64,000 nt of DNA, taken from assembly GCA_963697335.1 (NCBI GenBank), contig CAVONQ010000016.1, positions 65,965 to 129,964 on the forward strand. The letters are read 5' to 3'. Position numbers and translations under genes: made by a program. Below are positions 50,220 to 61,722 of the stretch, in pieces; positions within the stretch are counted from its first letter, which is position 1, and each line of letters starts with the position of its first letter. The stretch is from an uncultured cyanobacterium (GTDB lineage: Bacteria > Cyanobacteriota > Cyanobacteriia > PCC-6307 > Cyanobiaceae). The notes under the pieces were generated by a model that worked only from the letters and a program-made list of their open reading frames with translations, made no database searches and had not been told where the DNA came from.

Positions 50220-51833
50220 TCAGGCCGAAATAAGCTCCGGCACTGGTGCGGGAGTGGGCTCGGGAGGCTCCGGTGGAATCTGGGCCAGCTGAGCTTCGAT
50301 CTCGTTGCGCACGATCGCCCGGTATTCGAGGAAGTGCTCGTTATGGGCCAGGATGGCGATGAATCCCTTGAAACGCTTGGGGTTGTGGCGGGCCATCCCA
50401 TAGAGCGCCTTCCAGAAACGGAAGCGGGTGCTGCGGCGAATTCCCTGGCGCCACACAATGATCGCCAGAGCGCGAAGATCCACCCAGTTCACAGGTTTTT
50501 TGGGGCTGCCTTCGGGTTCTGGGGTAAGGAACTCCTTGTACTTCTGGGGGGGCAGCTTCAGGAAATAGTTGTAGACGCGGTCGATGTAGGCGTGGGGCTC
50601 GTAGAGCTTGGAGAAGGCATCCACGTACTCATTGGCGATGTCGCGGAGCGGCCTGGTGGGAACAAAATTGAGCAGGTTGGTCTGATTCACACCCTTCGCG
50701 GCGGAGGAATCCTGAACCAGCCGCCCTTCCCGCTCCAGGCGATGCCACAGGGCGGTGTTGGGCAGGGCCTGCAACATGCCCATCATCGCGTGGGGGATGC
50801 CGGTGCGGGTCACAAACTCAACGATGCGCTCGCCAGCTCCCTGCTTCTCGCCATCAAAACCGATGATGAAGCCTGCCATCACCCGCATCCCATAGGAGGT
50901 GATCTTGTTGACGGAATCATCCAGGGAGCTGCGGGTGTTCTGGAGCTTGCCCGCCACCTCCAGGCTGGCTTCGTCGGGAGTTTCGATGCCGAGGAACAGA
51001 CTTTCGAAGCGGCATTCCACCATCATCTGCATCAGCTCGTCGTCGGCCGCTAGATCCACCGATGCTTCGGTGGCGAAGCTGAAGGGGTAGCGATGCTCAA
51101 TCTGCCACTGCTTCAGCGCCGGCAGCAGGCGCTTGACATTGCGTTTGTTGCCGATGAAGTTGTCGTCCACCAGAAATACCGAGCGCCGCCAACCCAGGTC
51201 GTAGAGGCGCTGCAGCTCAGCGATCAGCTGCTCCGGTTCCTTGGTGCGGGGCTTACGCCCGTAGAGCACGATGATGTCGCAGAATTCACACTGGAACGGG
51301 CAGCCCCGGGAGAACTGCACGGACATTTCCGAGTAGGCATCCATCTCCAGCAGGTCGAACCGGGGAATGGGGGTTCCGGTGACATCGGGCTTTTCGCCGC
51401 CGGAGTTGAAGCGACCCTGCTGATCACCCCGTTCCAGGGCTTCGATGAACATCGGCAGGGTGATCTCACCCTCATCCAGCACCTTGAAGTCGGCCAGGTC
51501 GAGCTCGGGCGCATCTGGGGTGGAGCTGGCGAAGGGCCCGCCCACGGCCACGGGCAACCCCCGCTGCTTGGCCCGGGCGATCTGGGCGGCCATGTCGCCC
51601 TTCTGAACGATCATGCCGGAGATCACCACCAGCTCGGCCCAGTCCCACTCGGCCTCGGTCACCTCGCGCACGTTCCGATCCACCAGCTTCATCGGCCAGT
51701 CCTGGGGCAGCAGCGCCGCCACCGTGACCATGCCCAGGGGAGGCAGGAGCACCTTGCGGTTCACCAGCTCCAGGATCTTTTCGTAGCTCCAGAAGGTCTT
51801 GGGGAATTCCGGATAGATCAGCAGGGTGCGCAT
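50220..51833 (-). CDS. B12-binding radical SAM protein (DUF4070 C-terminus)
   Basis: PPLGMVTVAA, VGGP, SRGCPFQCEFC, DDNFIG. Confidence 0.9.
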   Translation of the reverse strand: MRTLLIYPEFPKTFWSYEKILELVNRKVLLPPLGMVTVAALLPQDWPMKLVDRNVREVTEAEWDWAELVVISGMIVQKGDMAAQIARAKQRGLPVAVGGPFASSTPDAPELDLADFKVLDEGEITLPMFIEALERGDQQGRFNSGGEKPDVTGTPIPRFDLLEMDAYSEMSVQFSRGCPFQCEFCDIIVLYGRKPRTKEPEQLIAELQRLYDLGWRRSVFLVDDNFIGNKRNVKRLLPALKQWQIEHRYPFSFATEASVDLAADDELMQMMVECRFESLFLGIETPDEASLEVAGKLQNTRSSLDDSVNKITSYGMRVMAGFIIGFDGEKQGAGERIVEFVTRTGIPHAMMGMLQALPNTALWHRLEREGRLVQDSSAAKGVNQTNLLNFVPTRPLRDIANEYVDAFSKLYEPHAYIDRVYNYFLKLPPQKYKEFLTPEPEGSPKKPVNWVDLRALAIIVWRQGIRRSTRFRFWKALYGMARHNPKRFKGFIAILAHNEHFLEYRAIVRNEIEAQLAQIPPEPPEPTPAPVPELISA

Positions 51834-52081
51834 GGGGGGTCTCGACGGGGCCGGAGCAACGGGGCCAACGGGCATGGCCGTCGGAACGTGGCTCAGGAGG
51901 AGGGTGCTGACGGAAAGGATGCTGTCGTGAACGGAGAAGGGCGGGCTGTCCCTGAGGCTCGATGGCAGGACCAGGATCGTCAAGATCCCTAGTGGGCGCA
52001 CCTTAGGCAGAAGGCCAAGCCAGTGCCTGGTGAGTCGGGCCTCTGCTGTAATGGGCACACGACTTTGCAGCAGAGGCCACG

Positions 52082-52174
52082 ATGGGTGTAGCGATCTACC
52101 TGGGTCTGGTTGGAGGCGGCCTGGTTGCCGCGTTCCTGGGCTCTGTGCTGTTGCGCAGCATCAAGCTGATCTGA
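52082..52174 (+). CDS. petL: Cytochrome b6f subunit VI (PetL)
   Basis: 30-aa single [32 protein letters not shown]; below the ORF-track size cutoff. Confidence 0.88.
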   Translation: MGVAIYLGLVGGGLVAAFLGSVLLRSIKLI

Positions 52175-53564
52175 GCCGGCTGGCCGCCTTGGCATCGCCC
52201 ACCATGGCCGCGGCGCCCACCACCTCGCCCACGAGGTCGTAGGTGTCCGCTGCGCTGATTCGTACCGGCACCATGGTTCCTGGCGCCGCGCAGAGCCCCC
52301 CGGCCCCCGGCAGCACCCGCACATCCCCGTCCACGTCAGGCGCGAAGCGGGCACAGCGGCCCAGCATCTCGCCGCTGGAGGGGTTCTCCTGCTCGATCAG
52401 CACATCCACGATCCTGCCCACCCAGGCGGCGTTCCGCTCGGCGGCGATCGGTTGCTGCAGGGCCATCAGCTGATCCCTCCGCTGCTGGGCCACGGCCGCC
52501 GGCACGGGGTTCGGCAGGTCCACGGCCGCGGTGCCGTCCTCGGGTGAGAACGTGAACACCCCCACATGGTCGAAGCGCTGCTCGGCCACGAAGTTCAGCA
52601 GATGCTGGAAGTGCTCCTCGGTTTCACCGGGGAAGCCCACGATGAAGGTGGTGCGCAGCACGGCATCGGGAAGTTGCTCACGGATGCGGTGCAGCAGGTC
52701 ACCGGTCACGTTGGCCTGCCAGGGGCGATTCATGGCCCGCAGCACCTGCGGATGGCTGTGCTGCAGCGGCAGATCAAGGTAGGGCAGCACATTGGGCACG
52801 TCCCGATAGGCCGCCAGCACCTCGGGAGTGAGCCCGGTGGGATAGGCGTAGTGCACGCGGATCCAGGGGATGTCCACTTCCCCGAGGGCCCGCAGCAGCT
52901 CGGCCAGGTGGGGCTTGCCGTAGAGGTCGAGGCCGTAGTTGGTGCTGATCTGGCTGATCAACACCAGTTCCTGCACCCCTTGGGAGGCCAGGCTGTGGGC
53001 TTCGGCCACGATCGATTCGATCGGCCGGGAGCGCTGGTCGCCGCGCAGCTTGGGGATGATGCAGAAGGCGCAGCGGTAGTCGCAGCCCTCCGCCACCTTG
53101 AGATAGGCCACGGCCTCCGAGGTGGTGCGGTAGCGGGGCAGGTGCTCGTCGGCCACGAAGGTGGGGGTGGCGCTCACCTGGTTGACCCGCTCGCCGGCCT
53201 CCACCCGCTCCAGCACGCTGACGATGTGCTGATAGTCGCCGGTGCCCACGATCGCCTTGGCCTCAGGCAGGCTTTCGAGCAACTCCTCCTGAAAGTGCTG
53301 GGCCAGGCAGCCGGCGATGATCAGTTCCTTGCCCTGCTCAGCGAGCTCCACCAGGGTCCGCACCGATTCCTCGCGGGCGTCCTGGATGAAGCTGCAGGTG
53401 TTCACCACCACCACGCTGGCCTCGCTCTCATCGGCGCTCACGCCGTAGCCCGCCTCCGCCAGCAGGCCGAGCATGTGCTCGGTGTCCACCCGGTTCTTCT
53501 CGCAGCCGAGGTGGGCGAAAGCGATGGTGGCCGGGGAGGAGCCGGTGGGGCGCGCGGAGCTCAT
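52161..53564 (-). CDS. rimO: Ribosomal protein S12 methylthiotransferase
   Basis: [29 protein letters not shown] domain. Confidence 0.95.
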   Translation of the reverse strand: MSSARPTGSSPATIAFAHLGCEKNRVDTEHMLGLLAEAGYGVSADESEASVVVVNTCSFIQDAREESVRTLVELAEQGKELIIAGCLAQHFQEELLESLPEAKAIVGTGDYQHIVSVLERVEAGERVNQVSATPTFVADEHLPRYRTTSEAVAYLKVAEGCDYRCAFCIIPKLRGDQRSRPIESIVAEAHSLASQGVQELVLISQISTNYGLDLYGKPHLAELLRALGEVDIPWIRVHYAYPTGLTPEVLAAYRDVPNVLPYLDLPLQHSHPQVLRAMNRPWQANVTGDLLHRIREQLPDAVLRTTFIVGFPGETEEHFQHLLNFVAEQRFDHVGVFTFSPEDGTAAVDLPNPVPAAVAQQRRDQLMALQQPIAAERNAAWVGRIVDVLIEQENPSSGEMLGRCARFAPDVDGDVRVLPGAGGLCAAPGTMVPVRISAADTYDLVGEVVGAAAMVGDAKAASRLRSA

Positions 53565-53690
53565 GGGCAGGAGTTGGCCGATCCACCACCCTATGGGGGA
53601 GGTGATTGCGCTGGGCCGAGTGTCCCCCTGCTCCGACCAGGCCGATGAGGCTGCTGCGAGAATCCGCAGACTGCCCACCTCCCGCTGTCG

Positions 53691-54614
53691 ATGACCTCCA
53701 GCCGACTCAGCGACCGCCTCAACAGCTCCCGCCGCCGGGGTGATCCAGGCAAGCGCTGGGTGCGGGTGGTGTTGTCCGTGCTGGCCACGGTGGGCGTGAT
53801 CGACACGGGCACCATCACCCTGAAGCGCTGGGGCCTGTTCGGCCAGCTGGCTTGTCCGGGCGGCGCCGAGGGTTGCGACAAGGTGTTGAACAGCGCCTGG
53901 GGCAGCCTGCTGGGCCAGCCGCTGTCGCTGTTTGGCTTCCTGGCCTACCTGGCCATGCTGCTGATGGCGGTGGTGCCCCTCGTGCTCAAGGGCGACCTGC
54001 GCGATCGACTCGGCTCCCTGAGTTGGTGGGGCATGTTGCTCACCAGCATCGGCATGGCGGTGTTCAGCCTGCTGCTGATGGCCGTGATGGTGCTGAAGAT
54101 CCAGGCCTTCTGTTTCTTCTGCGTGCTCTCGGCTGTGGTCAGCGTGTCCCTGCTGGTGTTCACCCTGCTGGGCGGCAGCTGGGACGACCGCGGCCAGCTG
54201 CTGTTTCGCGGCGTGCTGGTGGCCCTGGCGGTGGGGCTGATCGGCCTGGGTTGGGCCACCGCCGTCGACCGCCCCGTGGCCGAGACGCTGCCTGGGACTC
54301 CGCCAGCGGTGGAGACCGAGAGCACCCCTCAGACCCTGGCCCTGGCCGAACACCTCACCGCGAGCGGAGCCGTGATGTACTCCGCCTACTGGTGCCCCCA
54401 CTGCCACGAGCAGAAGGAGCTGTTTGGCCAGGAGGCCAGCAAGAAGCTCAAGGTGATCGAATGCGCTGAGGATGGCGTGGGCAGCCAGAAAGCCCTCTGT
54501 GACAGCAAGGGTGTGCAGGGGTTTCCCACCTGGGAGATCAATGGCCAGCTGGACTCCGGTGTCAAGCCCCTGGAGCGCCTGGCCCAGGTGACCGGCTTCC
54601 GCCCCCAGGGCTGA
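53691..54614 (+). CDS. VKOR-thioredoxin fusion disulfide-bond protein
   Basis: [25 protein letters not shown]. Confidence 0.92.
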   Translation: MTSSRLSDRLNSSRRRGDPGKRWVRVVLSVLATVGVIDTGTITLKRWGLFGQLACPGGAEGCDKVLNSAWGSLLGQPLSLFGFLAYLAMLLMAVVPLVLKGDLRDRLGSLSWWGMLLTSIGMAVFSLLLMAVMVLKIQAFCFFCVLSAVVSVSLLVFTLLGGSWDDRGQLLFRGVLVALAVGLIGLGWATAVDRPVAETLPGTPPAVETESTPQTLALAEHLTASGAVMYSAYWCPHCHEQKELFGQEASKKLKVIECAEDGVGSQKALCDSKGVQGFPTWEINGQLDSGVKPLERLAQVTGFRPQG

Positions 54615-54619
54615 CGGCT

Positions 54620-56314
54620 TCAGGCCTCGCTGTGCTGATGGCCAGCGGGCCCCTGCTTCACGGCAGCGGTGCTGATCGGTCGGCCACGCCCCTGGCAGCT
54701 GTGCACCCGCCAGAAGGGCTGGCTGCTGGGCGTGTCGGTGCGGAAGTGGCCACCGCGGCTCTCCTGGCGGAACAGGGCGGCCTCCAGCAGCAGCTCCGCC
54801 AGGACCAGGCGCTGGTGCAGTTCCTGGTGCAAGGGCCAGGTCTGCCGGGATGCCGGCGTGAGCTCGATCCGCTGACCCACGCCCAGCCCTTGAACCCGTT
54901 GCCAACTGGGATCGCGCTCCAGGCCGCGGCGCTGGCGACGAATCGTGGCCAGACCTCTTGCCAGGGCCTGGCCCTGCCGTTCCACCCCCGCCACCTGCCA
55001 GCACAGCTCTCTCAGGGCCTGGATCTGGCCCTTCAGGGCTGCGGCCCCCAGGCTCGGGGCGGCGAGCACTTCCACTCCTTCCGACTGGCCGGGTTGGTTG
55101 GCGGGGCACGCCGTGTTCGTCAGCCTTCCCGCGCCAACTGAGGGGCCAAGCGCGATGTGGCGCAACTGCCGGGCGAACACCAGGCACTCCATCAGGGAGT
55201 TGCTGGCCAGCCGGTTGGCCCCGTGCACGCCGCTGCAGGCCAGTTCCCCCACGGCATAGAGCCCAGGCAGGGTGGTGGCGGCAGCCAGGTCGGTTCGCAC
55301 ACCGCCCATCCAGTAGTGGGCCGCTGGTGCCACAGGCAAGGGCTCTGCTGTGGGCTCCAGCCCCAGCTCCCGGCAGCGCCCCAGGATGGTGGGGAACTGG
55401 CGGCTCAGGTGCTCCTGGCCGATCGGCCTGAGGTCGAGCCAGAGATGGTCCACCCCTTGCTGCCGCATCCGCCGCGCCAGGGCCCGGCTCACCTGGTCCC
55501 TCGGGGCCAGGTCCCCGCCCCCCAGCTCCGCCACCGGGCTGGCCCCGGTTCCGTCCAGCAGCCGGGCCCCTTCGCCGCGCACCGCCTCGGAGATCAGGAA
55601 ATGGGGGGCCCCGGGCAGCATCAGGGCTGTGGGGTGGAACTGCACGAATTCCAGGTCGCGCACCTCCGCGCCGGCCTGCCAGGCCATCGCCAGGCCATCG
55701 CCACTGGAATGGGTCGGGTTGGTGGTGTGGGCGAACAGGTGGCCACCGCCGCCGGTGGCCAGCACCACGGCCCGAGCCCGCAGCCAGTGGATCTCATCCC
55801 CCTCCAGCACCTGCAGACCGCAGCAGCGCCCCGCCTCCACCAACAACCGCAGGGCCACCACCCCCTGGCGCTGCTCCAGCCTGGGGCGGCGACGCACCTC
55901 CCGCTCCAGGGCATCCACGAGGGCGCCGCCGGTGCGGTCCTGGGCATGCAGCACGCGCCGGTGGCTGTGGGCGGCCTCCAGGGTGGTGCTGAGGGCGGAA
56001 CCCTGGCGGTCGAAGGCCATGCCGAGCTCCAGCAGGCGTTGCACGCAGCTGGGGGCCTCATGCACCAGCAGTTCCACGGCCTCGAGGTCGCACAGGCCGG
56101 CGCCGGCCTTGAGGGTGTCGTCGCGGTGGCTGGCGAAGCTGTCTGTGGCGCTGGTCACGGCGGCGATGCCCCCCTGGGCCCAGCGGCTGGCGGAGCGGGG
56201 TTTGCGCTCCTTGCTCAGCAGCAGCACCCGCAGCCCTGCGGGCAGCTCCAGGCAGCTCATCAGCCCGGCGGCGCCACCGCCCACCACCACCACATCCCAG
56301 TCACACTGCGCCAT
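54620..56314 (-). CDS. nadB: L-aspartate oxidase
   Basis: [39 protein letters not shown]. Confidence 0.95.
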   Translation of the reverse strand: MAQCDWDVVVVGGGAAGLMSCLELPAGLRVLLLSKERKPRSASRWAQGGIAAVTSATDSFASHRDDTLKAGAGLCDLEAVELLVHEAPSCVQRLLELGMAFDRQGSALSTTLEAAHSHRRVLHAQDRTGGALVDALEREVRRRPRLEQRQGVVALRLLVEAGRCCGLQVLEGDEIHWLRARAVVLATGGGGHLFAHTTNPTHSSGDGLAMAWQAGAEVRDLEFVQFHPTALMLPGAPHFLISEAVRGEGARLLDGTGASPVAELGGGDLAPRDQVSRALARRMRQQGVDHLWLDLRPIGQEHLSRQFPTILGRCRELGLEPTAEPLPVAPAAHYWMGGVRTDLAAATTLPGLYAVGELACSGVHGANRLASNSLMECLVFARQLRHIALGPSVGAGRLTNTACPANQPGQSEGVEVLAAPSLGAAALKGQIQALRELCWQVAGVERQGQALARGLATIRRQRRGLERDPSWQRVQGLGVGQRIELTPASRQTWPLHQELHQRLVLAELLLEAALFRQESRGGHFRTDTPSSQPFWRVHSCQGRGRPISTAAVKQGPAGHQHSEA

Positions 56315-56347
56315 GGGTGCTGCGGGCTCAGGGCCGCCGCCGGCATG

Positions 56348-56375
56348 AAAAAGGCCGCCGGAAGGGCCCGACGGC
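56348..56375 (-). terminator. Probable intrinsic terminator of psbU
   Basis: Minus strand GCCGTCGG-GCCCTT-CCGGCGGC, C, then T5. Confidence 0.65.
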
Positions 56376-56407
56376 GTTCAACGGTGCAGGAAGCCTAGGG
56401 ACTGGCT

Positions 56408-56785
56408 TCAGCGGTACTGCCCGTCGTTGATGCGGTCAAAGCCCTCGTTCAGAGCAATGGACGCCGGGGTCACGGTGAAGTTCTCCTTGTACTTGTTGAA
56501 CAGCTCCTTCTGGCGCTCGGTGAGGTCGAGGTTCAGCACGTCATCGACGCTGTCGTAGGGACCGCCGAGCACGATCTTGCCGGCCAGGGTGGGGTACATG
56601 CCTGGGTAGTCCTGGAAGCGCCGCACGGAGCTGTTGTTGAGGTCCACCTTGCCGCCGCGTTCAGCGATCTTGTCGTCAGCCGTGTTGCGACGCTCCGCCG
56701 CCACTGCCGCCGGAGGCAGCACCAGGGCGACCAGCAATCCGGCCAGCACAAGACCACTCATCAGCCAGGCAGCCAGCCTTTTCAT
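56408..56785 (-). CDS. psbU: Photosystem II extrinsic protein PsbU
   Basis: KVDLNNSSVRRF..PGMYPTLA..DRINDGQYR. Confidence 0.95.
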   Translation of the reverse strand: MKRLAAWLMSGLVLAGLLVALVLPPAAVAAERRNTADDKIAERGGKVDLNNSSVRRFQDYPGMYPTLAGKIVLGGPYDSVDDVLNLDLTERQKELFNKYKENFTVTPASIALNEGFDRINDGQYR

Positions 56786-56899
56786 CACGAGAACTTTCCG
56801 GAGAAGGACAGGAACAGGTGGTGGGCAGCCCACCGATCGCTAACCGTACAGAAAGGAATCGTCTGAAATCCCCCCAGCTGTTCAGGCATTTGCAGATCT

Positions 56900-57625
56900 T
56901 CAGATCAGGCCGGTGAAGGTGGGGGCCACCAGGGCCAGCAGCAGGAAGAGGCCGTCCACGGCCAGGGTGGTGATCAGGGTGGCGCCCACCACCTGCCCCA
57001 GCTCACCCTGCTGCCCCAGCCAACGGCCGGCCACGAGCAGCAGGGCTGCGAAGCCGGCCACCAGGGCCAGACAGGCCGGCTGCAGCACCTGCAGGCCTGC
57101 GGCGTGCAGCACCAGCAACGCCTCGCCGGCCGGGGCGGCGAGGGCTTCGGGCCACAGGGGCATCAGGCCGGTGGCGGCGATGGCCGCGTCGGTGGCGGCC
57201 GTGCCGATCAGGGAGCCCAGGTAGAAGCCGCAGGCCAGGCGCCAGCGGCCGCCCAGGCCCGCCAGGGCCAGGGGGAGGGCAAAGGCTTCGATCGGCAGGT
57301 GCCAGAGGGGATGCAGGCGGGCCCAGCCCCAGAAGAACGAGCCGGCCAGCCAGCTGCCGGAAAAGCCCACCAACAGAAGCCCGAGATGGCGCAGCTCGGG
57401 CTCGCCGCGGCGCTCCAGCCCCAGGCCGATCGCCACCAGCACCAGCGTGAACAGGGCTGAGCTGGCGGGGGCGAACCGCACCCAGGGGGCCTGAAGGAAT
57501 ACCGGCACGGTCACCAGGAGCACGCTGGTGCCCACCAGGCCAGGGGTCAGATCGTCGGAGACGCGCTGTCGAGGCAGTGTGCTGGCGGGAGCCCCGATCA
57601 CCGTGTTGTGAAGAAAGTTGTGCAA
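56900..57625 (-). CDS. DUF3120 family membrane protein (start uncertain)
   Basis: VPVFLQAPWVR, WLAGSFFWGW, HLPIEA, GTAATD. Confidence 0.82.
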   Translation of the reverse strand: MHNFLHNTVIGAPASTLPRQRVSDDLTPGLVGTSVLLVTVPVFLQAPWVRFAPASSALFTLVLVAIGLGLERRGEPELRHLGLLLVGFSGSWLAGSFFWGWARLHPLWHLPIEAFALPLALAGLGGRWRLACGFYLGSLIGTAATDAAIAATGLMPLWPEALAAPAGEALLVLHAAGLQVLQPACLALVAGFAALLLVAGRWLGQQGELGQVVGATLITTLAVDGLFLLLALVAPTFTGLI

Positions 57626-57687
57626 CCTTAAAGGGTCTGCAGCACCCGCCTGGCCATAGGGTCGGCCATCGATGCGCGCCCACCGGG

Positions 57688-58566
57688 ATGCAGGCAGCTG
57701 GATCGATCGCTGAGGCGGGGCTGCAGCCCGGCCTGCTGGAGGCCTGTTGGCGAGCCCTGGTGCTGGGGGTGGTTCAGGGGCTCACCGAGTTTCTGCCCAT
57801 CAGCAGCACGGCCCACCTGAAGGTGGTGCCGGTGATGCTCGGCTGGGGGGATCCGGGCGTGGCCGTGACCGCCGTGATCCAGCTCGGCAGCATCGCGGCG
57901 GTGGTGGCCTATTTCCGCCGCGACCTGCGCGAGGTGCTCTGGGCCATGGGGCGAGCCTGCCGCCACGGCCAGTGGAGCGACCCCTCGGCCCGGCTGGGGG
58001 TGGCGATCGGCCTGGGCAGTGTGCCGATCGTGCTGGCGGGCCTGGCCATCAAGCTCTGGGTGCCGGACTACGACAATTCACCGCTGCGCAGCCTCACCGC
58101 CATTGCGGTGGTGTCGATCGTGATGGCGCTGCTGCTGGCCCTGGCCGAGGCCCTGGGTCGCCGCCGCCGCCAGCTGGTGGCCGTGCGGCCCTGGGACGGC
58201 ATTCTGGTGGGCCTGGCCCAGATGCTCGCCCTGGTGCCCGGCGTGTCCCGCTCCGGCAGCACCCTCACCGCGGCCCTGTTCGACGGCTGGCAGCGGGCCG
58301 ATGCCGCCCGCTTCTCCTTTCTGCTGGGCATCCCGGCGATCAGCCTGGCCGGTCTGGTGCAGCTCAAGGACGCCCTGGAGGCTCCGTCTGCAGGGGGCGT
58401 CATTCCGATGCTGGTGGGCATCGCTTCGGCGGCGGTGGTGTCCTGGGCGGCCATCGCCTGGCTGCTGCGCTACCTGCAACGCCACAGCACCTGGCTGTTC
58501 GTGGGCTATCGCCTGCTGTTCGGCCTGGCCATCCTCGCGGGCCTGCGCGCCACAGTGGGGCCGTGA
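57688..58566 (+). CDS. uppP: Undecaprenyl-diphosphate phosphatase
   Basis: QGLTEFLPISSTAH, PGVSRSGST, RFSFLL. Confidence 0.95.
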   Translation: MQAAGSIAEAGLQPGLLEACWRALVLGVVQGLTEFLPISSTAHLKVVPVMLGWGDPGVAVTAVIQLGSIAAVVAYFRRDLREVLWAMGRACRHGQWSDPSARLGVAIGLGSVPIVLAGLAIKLWVPDYDNSPLRSLTAIAVVSIVMALLLALAEALGRRRRQLVAVRPWDGILVGLAQMLALVPGVSRSGSTLTAALFDGWQRADAARFSFLLGIPAISLAGLVQLKDALEAPSAGGVIPMLVGIASAAVVSWAAIAWLLRYLQRHSTWLFVGYRLLFGLAILAGLRATVGP

Positions 58567-58592
58567 ACGCGGATTCCTGAACAGCGGCGACC

Positions 58593-59987
58593 ATGTGGAA
58601 CGAACCTTCCGCCGGGATCGCTCTGGCCGGGCCATCCGGCGAGCCCCTCAGCCTGCCCCAGCCGGCGGTGGTGGCCAGTGTGGAGCCCGAGTCGATCGGG
58701 GCCGAGCTGGGCGTTGAGCCCGGCGACCGTCTGCTCAGCATCAACGGCCGCCGCCCCCGCGATCTGATCGACCTGCAGATGCTGGTGGGGGAGGAGGAAC
58801 TCGTGCTGGAGATCGAGGATCCAGGCGGCACGCTCCACACCGTGGAACTGGAGAAGGACCTCGATGCGGGCCTGGGGCTGGTGTTCACCGAGGCCCTCTT
58901 CGATGGCCTGCGGCAGTGCAACAACGCCTGCGCCTTCTGCTTCATCGACCAGCAGCCCCCCGGCCGCCGCCGCAGCCTCTATCTCAAGGACGACGACTAC
59001 CGGCTGAGCTTTCTCTACGGCTCCTACCTCACCCTCACCAACCTCACCCCAGCCGACTGGCAGCGGATCGAGCAGCAGCGCCTCTCGCCCCTGTTCGTAT
59101 CGGTTCACGCCACCGATCCGGAACTGCGCAGCCGCCTGCTGGTGAACCCGAGGGCCGCCCTGCTGCTGGAGCAGCTGCGCTGGTTCGAGGCCCGCGATCT
59201 GCAGATCCATGCCCAGGTGGTGGTGTGCCCGGGCCTCAACGATGGCCCTGCCCTGGAGCGCACTCTGAGGGATCTGGCCGGTTTCGGCGGCGGCGACTGG
59301 CCGGCGGTGCTCTCGGCGGCCGTGGTGCCTGTGGGTCTGACCCGCTTCCGCCCCGATGACGATGCCCTGCGGCCGGTGGACCGGGCCTGTGCCCGCCAGG
59401 TGGTGGCCCAGGTGGAGGCGCTCCAGGCCGAGTTCGAGCCGGCCCTTGGCAGCCGCTTCGCCTGGCTCTCCGACGAGTGGTACCTGCTCGCCGGCCTGCC
59501 GCTGCCGCCCCGGCGCGCCTACGAAGACCTGCCCCAGCAGGAGAACGGCGTGGGCAGCATCCGTGCCTTCCTCGAGGCCCTCGACGCGGCCACCGCCGCC
59601 CTGCCCCGCCGCCTCGATCGCCCCCGCCGCCGCAGCTGGGTGGTGGGCCAGCTGGTGGCCGAGGCTCTCCAGCCCGTGGTGGATCGTCTCAATGCCGTGG
59701 AGGGCCTGGAGCTGGTGCTGCACGGGCTGGAGAGCCCCTATTGGGGGCAGCAGCAGGTGGTGACCGGGCTGCTCACCGGCTCCGACCTGCTGGATGGCTT
59801 GAGGGGCGCCGACCTCGGCGATGCGCTGCTCCTGCCCAGCGTGATGCTCCGCCAGGGGGAGCCCGTGTTCCTCGACGACATGACCCTGGAGCAACTGCGT
59901 TTGGCCCTGCCGGTTCCCGTGCTGCTGGTGGGGAGTGCGGCCGATCTTGTGGCCTCCTGTATCGGCAGTGACGAGCTGCATCCTTAA
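58593..59987 (+). CDS. TIGR03279 family PDZ/radical SAM-like Fe-S protein
   Basis: CNNACAFCFIDQ, KDDDYRLSFLYG, QENGVG. Confidence 0.9.
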   Translation: MWNEPSAGIALAGPSGEPLSLPQPAVVASVEPESIGAELGVEPGDRLLSINGRRPRDLIDLQMLVGEEELVLEIEDPGGTLHTVELEKDLDAGLGLVFTEALFDGLRQCNNACAFCFIDQQPPGRRRSLYLKDDDYRLSFLYGSYLTLTNLTPADWQRIEQQRLSPLFVSVHATDPELRSRLLVNPRAALLLEQLRWFEARDLQIHAQVVVCPGLNDGPALERTLRDLAGFGGGDWPAVLSAAVVPVGLTRFRPDDDALRPVDRACARQVVAQVEALQAEFEPALGSRFAWLSDEWYLLAGLPLPPRRAYEDLPQQENGVGSIRAFLEALDAATAALPRRLDRPRRRSWVVGQLVAEALQPVVDRLNAVEGLELVLHGLESPYWGQQQVVTGLLTGSDLLDGLRGADLGDALLLPSVMLRQGEPVFLDDMTLEQLRLALPVPVLLVGSAADLVASCIGSDELHP

Positions 59988-60015
59988 ACTCCGGCAGAAC
60001 CGTAAGGACTTCGGC

Positions 60016-61719
60016 GTGTCCCGACTCGCATCCCGCCTGGCCTTGCTGGGCGTTCTGGGCCTGCCCTTGACCACTGGTGTGCTGGGGCCTGCTGCCGCCC
60101 TGGCCCAGGAGGAGTCTCCAGGCAGCGAGACGCCCGAGCCAGGTCAGGCCAGCGATGTGCCCGAGGCGGCAGCAGCCAGCGAGGCGCTGCCCCTGGCCCC
60201 GGACATCAAGGGCGAGCGCCCGCGGTTGAACCCCGCCCTCGTGACCCCGGCGGCCACCGAACTGCAGCCTGGTCTCCAGGATCTCCCCGCCCCGGATTCC
60301 CTGGCCCTGCCCACCAAGCCGGAGCAGGTGGTGATCCAGGAGTTGCGGCCACTCACCCTGGTCCAGGTCGAGAACCTCGCCGAGGTCAACAATCCCAACC
60401 TCAAGGCGATCGCCTCCGAGGTGGATCAGGCCCAGAGCGCCCTGCGTGCCCAGATCGCCCTTTGGTATCCCAACATCGATCTGAATGCCAATGCGCTGCC
60501 TTCCTTCAACTATTCAAGGCAGCGCAACAGCCTCAGCAATGGCGACGTCGAGACCCGTTCCCAGGACCGCTGGTCTGCGGGCCTGGCCATCACCGCCCAG
60601 TGGGCCCTGATCAACCCGCAGCGCACGCCCACGATCGCGGCGGCTCGCGACCAGTTCGAGAGTGCCAAATACCAGTACGTGATCGCCCTGCGGGATCTGC
60701 GTCTGCAGGCGGCGCAGCTCTATTTCACGCTGCAGCAGCGCGATGATCAGGTGAGGATCGGCCAGCAATCGGTGCGCGCCTCCCTGATCAGCCTCAGGGA
60801 TTCCCGCGCGCGCTTCCAGGCCGGCGTGGCCACCAAGCTCGAGGTGCTCGAAGCCGAGACCCAGCTGGCCCGCGACCAGCAGCTGCTCACCACGGCCCTG
60901 GCTGAGCAGTCGATTTCACGACGCCGCCTGGCCGCCCTGCTCGACCTGCCCCAGAACGTCGTCGCCACGGCGGCCGATCCCTCCCGGGTGTTGGGGGTGT
61001 GGCAACCCTCGATCCAGGAGAGCATCGTGGCGGCCTATGCCTTCCGCGAAGAGCTCGACCAGATCCTGCTGGCCATCTCCATCTCCAACAGCAACGCCAA
61101 CGCCGCCCAGGCCGCCAGCCAGCCCTTCCTGAACGTCTTCGCCGAACTCGGCTCAGACTTCGTCAATGGCGGTCAGGACGTGGGGGACGTCACTGTTGAT
61201 TCCTCCAGAACCTTCGACACCCGCGTGGGGCTCAATTTCAGCTGGAGCCTCTTTGATGGCGGGGCCTCGGCGGCCCAGGCCCGCCAGAGCCGCCAGCAGG
61301 CCCAGCAGAACCGCTTCCTGTTCGCCGATCGCCGCGACTCGATTCGCGAGGAGGTGGAGGAGAGCTTCTACAACCTCGACAAGAACAATCGCAACATCAC
61401 CACAACGGCCCGCGAGGTGATCTCCGCCCGGGAATCCCTGCGCCTGGCGCGCTTGCGCTTCCAGGCCGGCGTCACCACCCAGCGGGAGGTGGTGGACACC
61501 CAGCGGGATCTCACCCAGGCCGAGGTGCGCTACGCCGACGCCATCACCGAATACAACGTGAACCTGGCCCAGCTGCGGCGCCGCACTGGCCTCGATCAGA
61601 TCACCACCTGTCCGCCCCGCAGCCTCTCGCCGATCAAACCGGCGTCGGCAGCCGACATTCCGGTTGAGCCCACCCCTCTGCTGCCGGCCTGCCAGGCCGC
61701 TGTGCCCGGGCCGGCCTGA
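60016..61719 (+). CDS. TolC family outer membrane efflux protein
   Basis: RFQAGVATKLEVL / RFQAGVTTQREVV repeats, LFDGG. Confidence 0.9.
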   Translation: MSRLASRLALLGVLGLPLTTGVLGPAAALAQEESPGSETPEPGQASDVPEAAAASEALPLAPDIKGERPRLNPALVTPAATELQPGLQDLPAPDSLALPTKPEQVVIQELRPLTLVQVENLAEVNNPNLKAIASEVDQAQSALRAQIALWYPNIDLNANALPSFNYSRQRNSLSNGDVETRSQDRWSAGLAITAQWALINPQRTPTIAAARDQFESAKYQYVIALRDLRLQAAQLYFTLQQRDDQVRIGQQSVRASLISLRDSRARFQAGVATKLEVLEAETQLARDQQLLTTALAEQSISRRRLAALLDLPQNVVATAADPSRVLGVWQPSIQESIVAAYAFREELDQILLAISISNSNANAAQAASQPFLNVFAELGSDFVNGGQDVGDVTVDSSRTFDTRVGLNFSWSLFDGGASAAQARQSRQQAQQNRFLFADRRDSIREEVEESFYNLDKNNRNITTTAREVISARESLRLARLRFQAGVTTQREVVDTQRDLTQAEVRYADAITEYNVNLAQLRRRTGLDQITTCPPRSLSPIKPASAADIPVEPTPLLPACQAAVPGPA

Positions 61720-61722
61720 TCG

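Noticed and set aside
53565..55187. Apparent 1008-aa RimO with a long N-terminal extension
   Set aside because: The extension is the antisense shadow of the VKOR gene plus an alternate frame of nadB; RimO motifs begin after ATG 53564.
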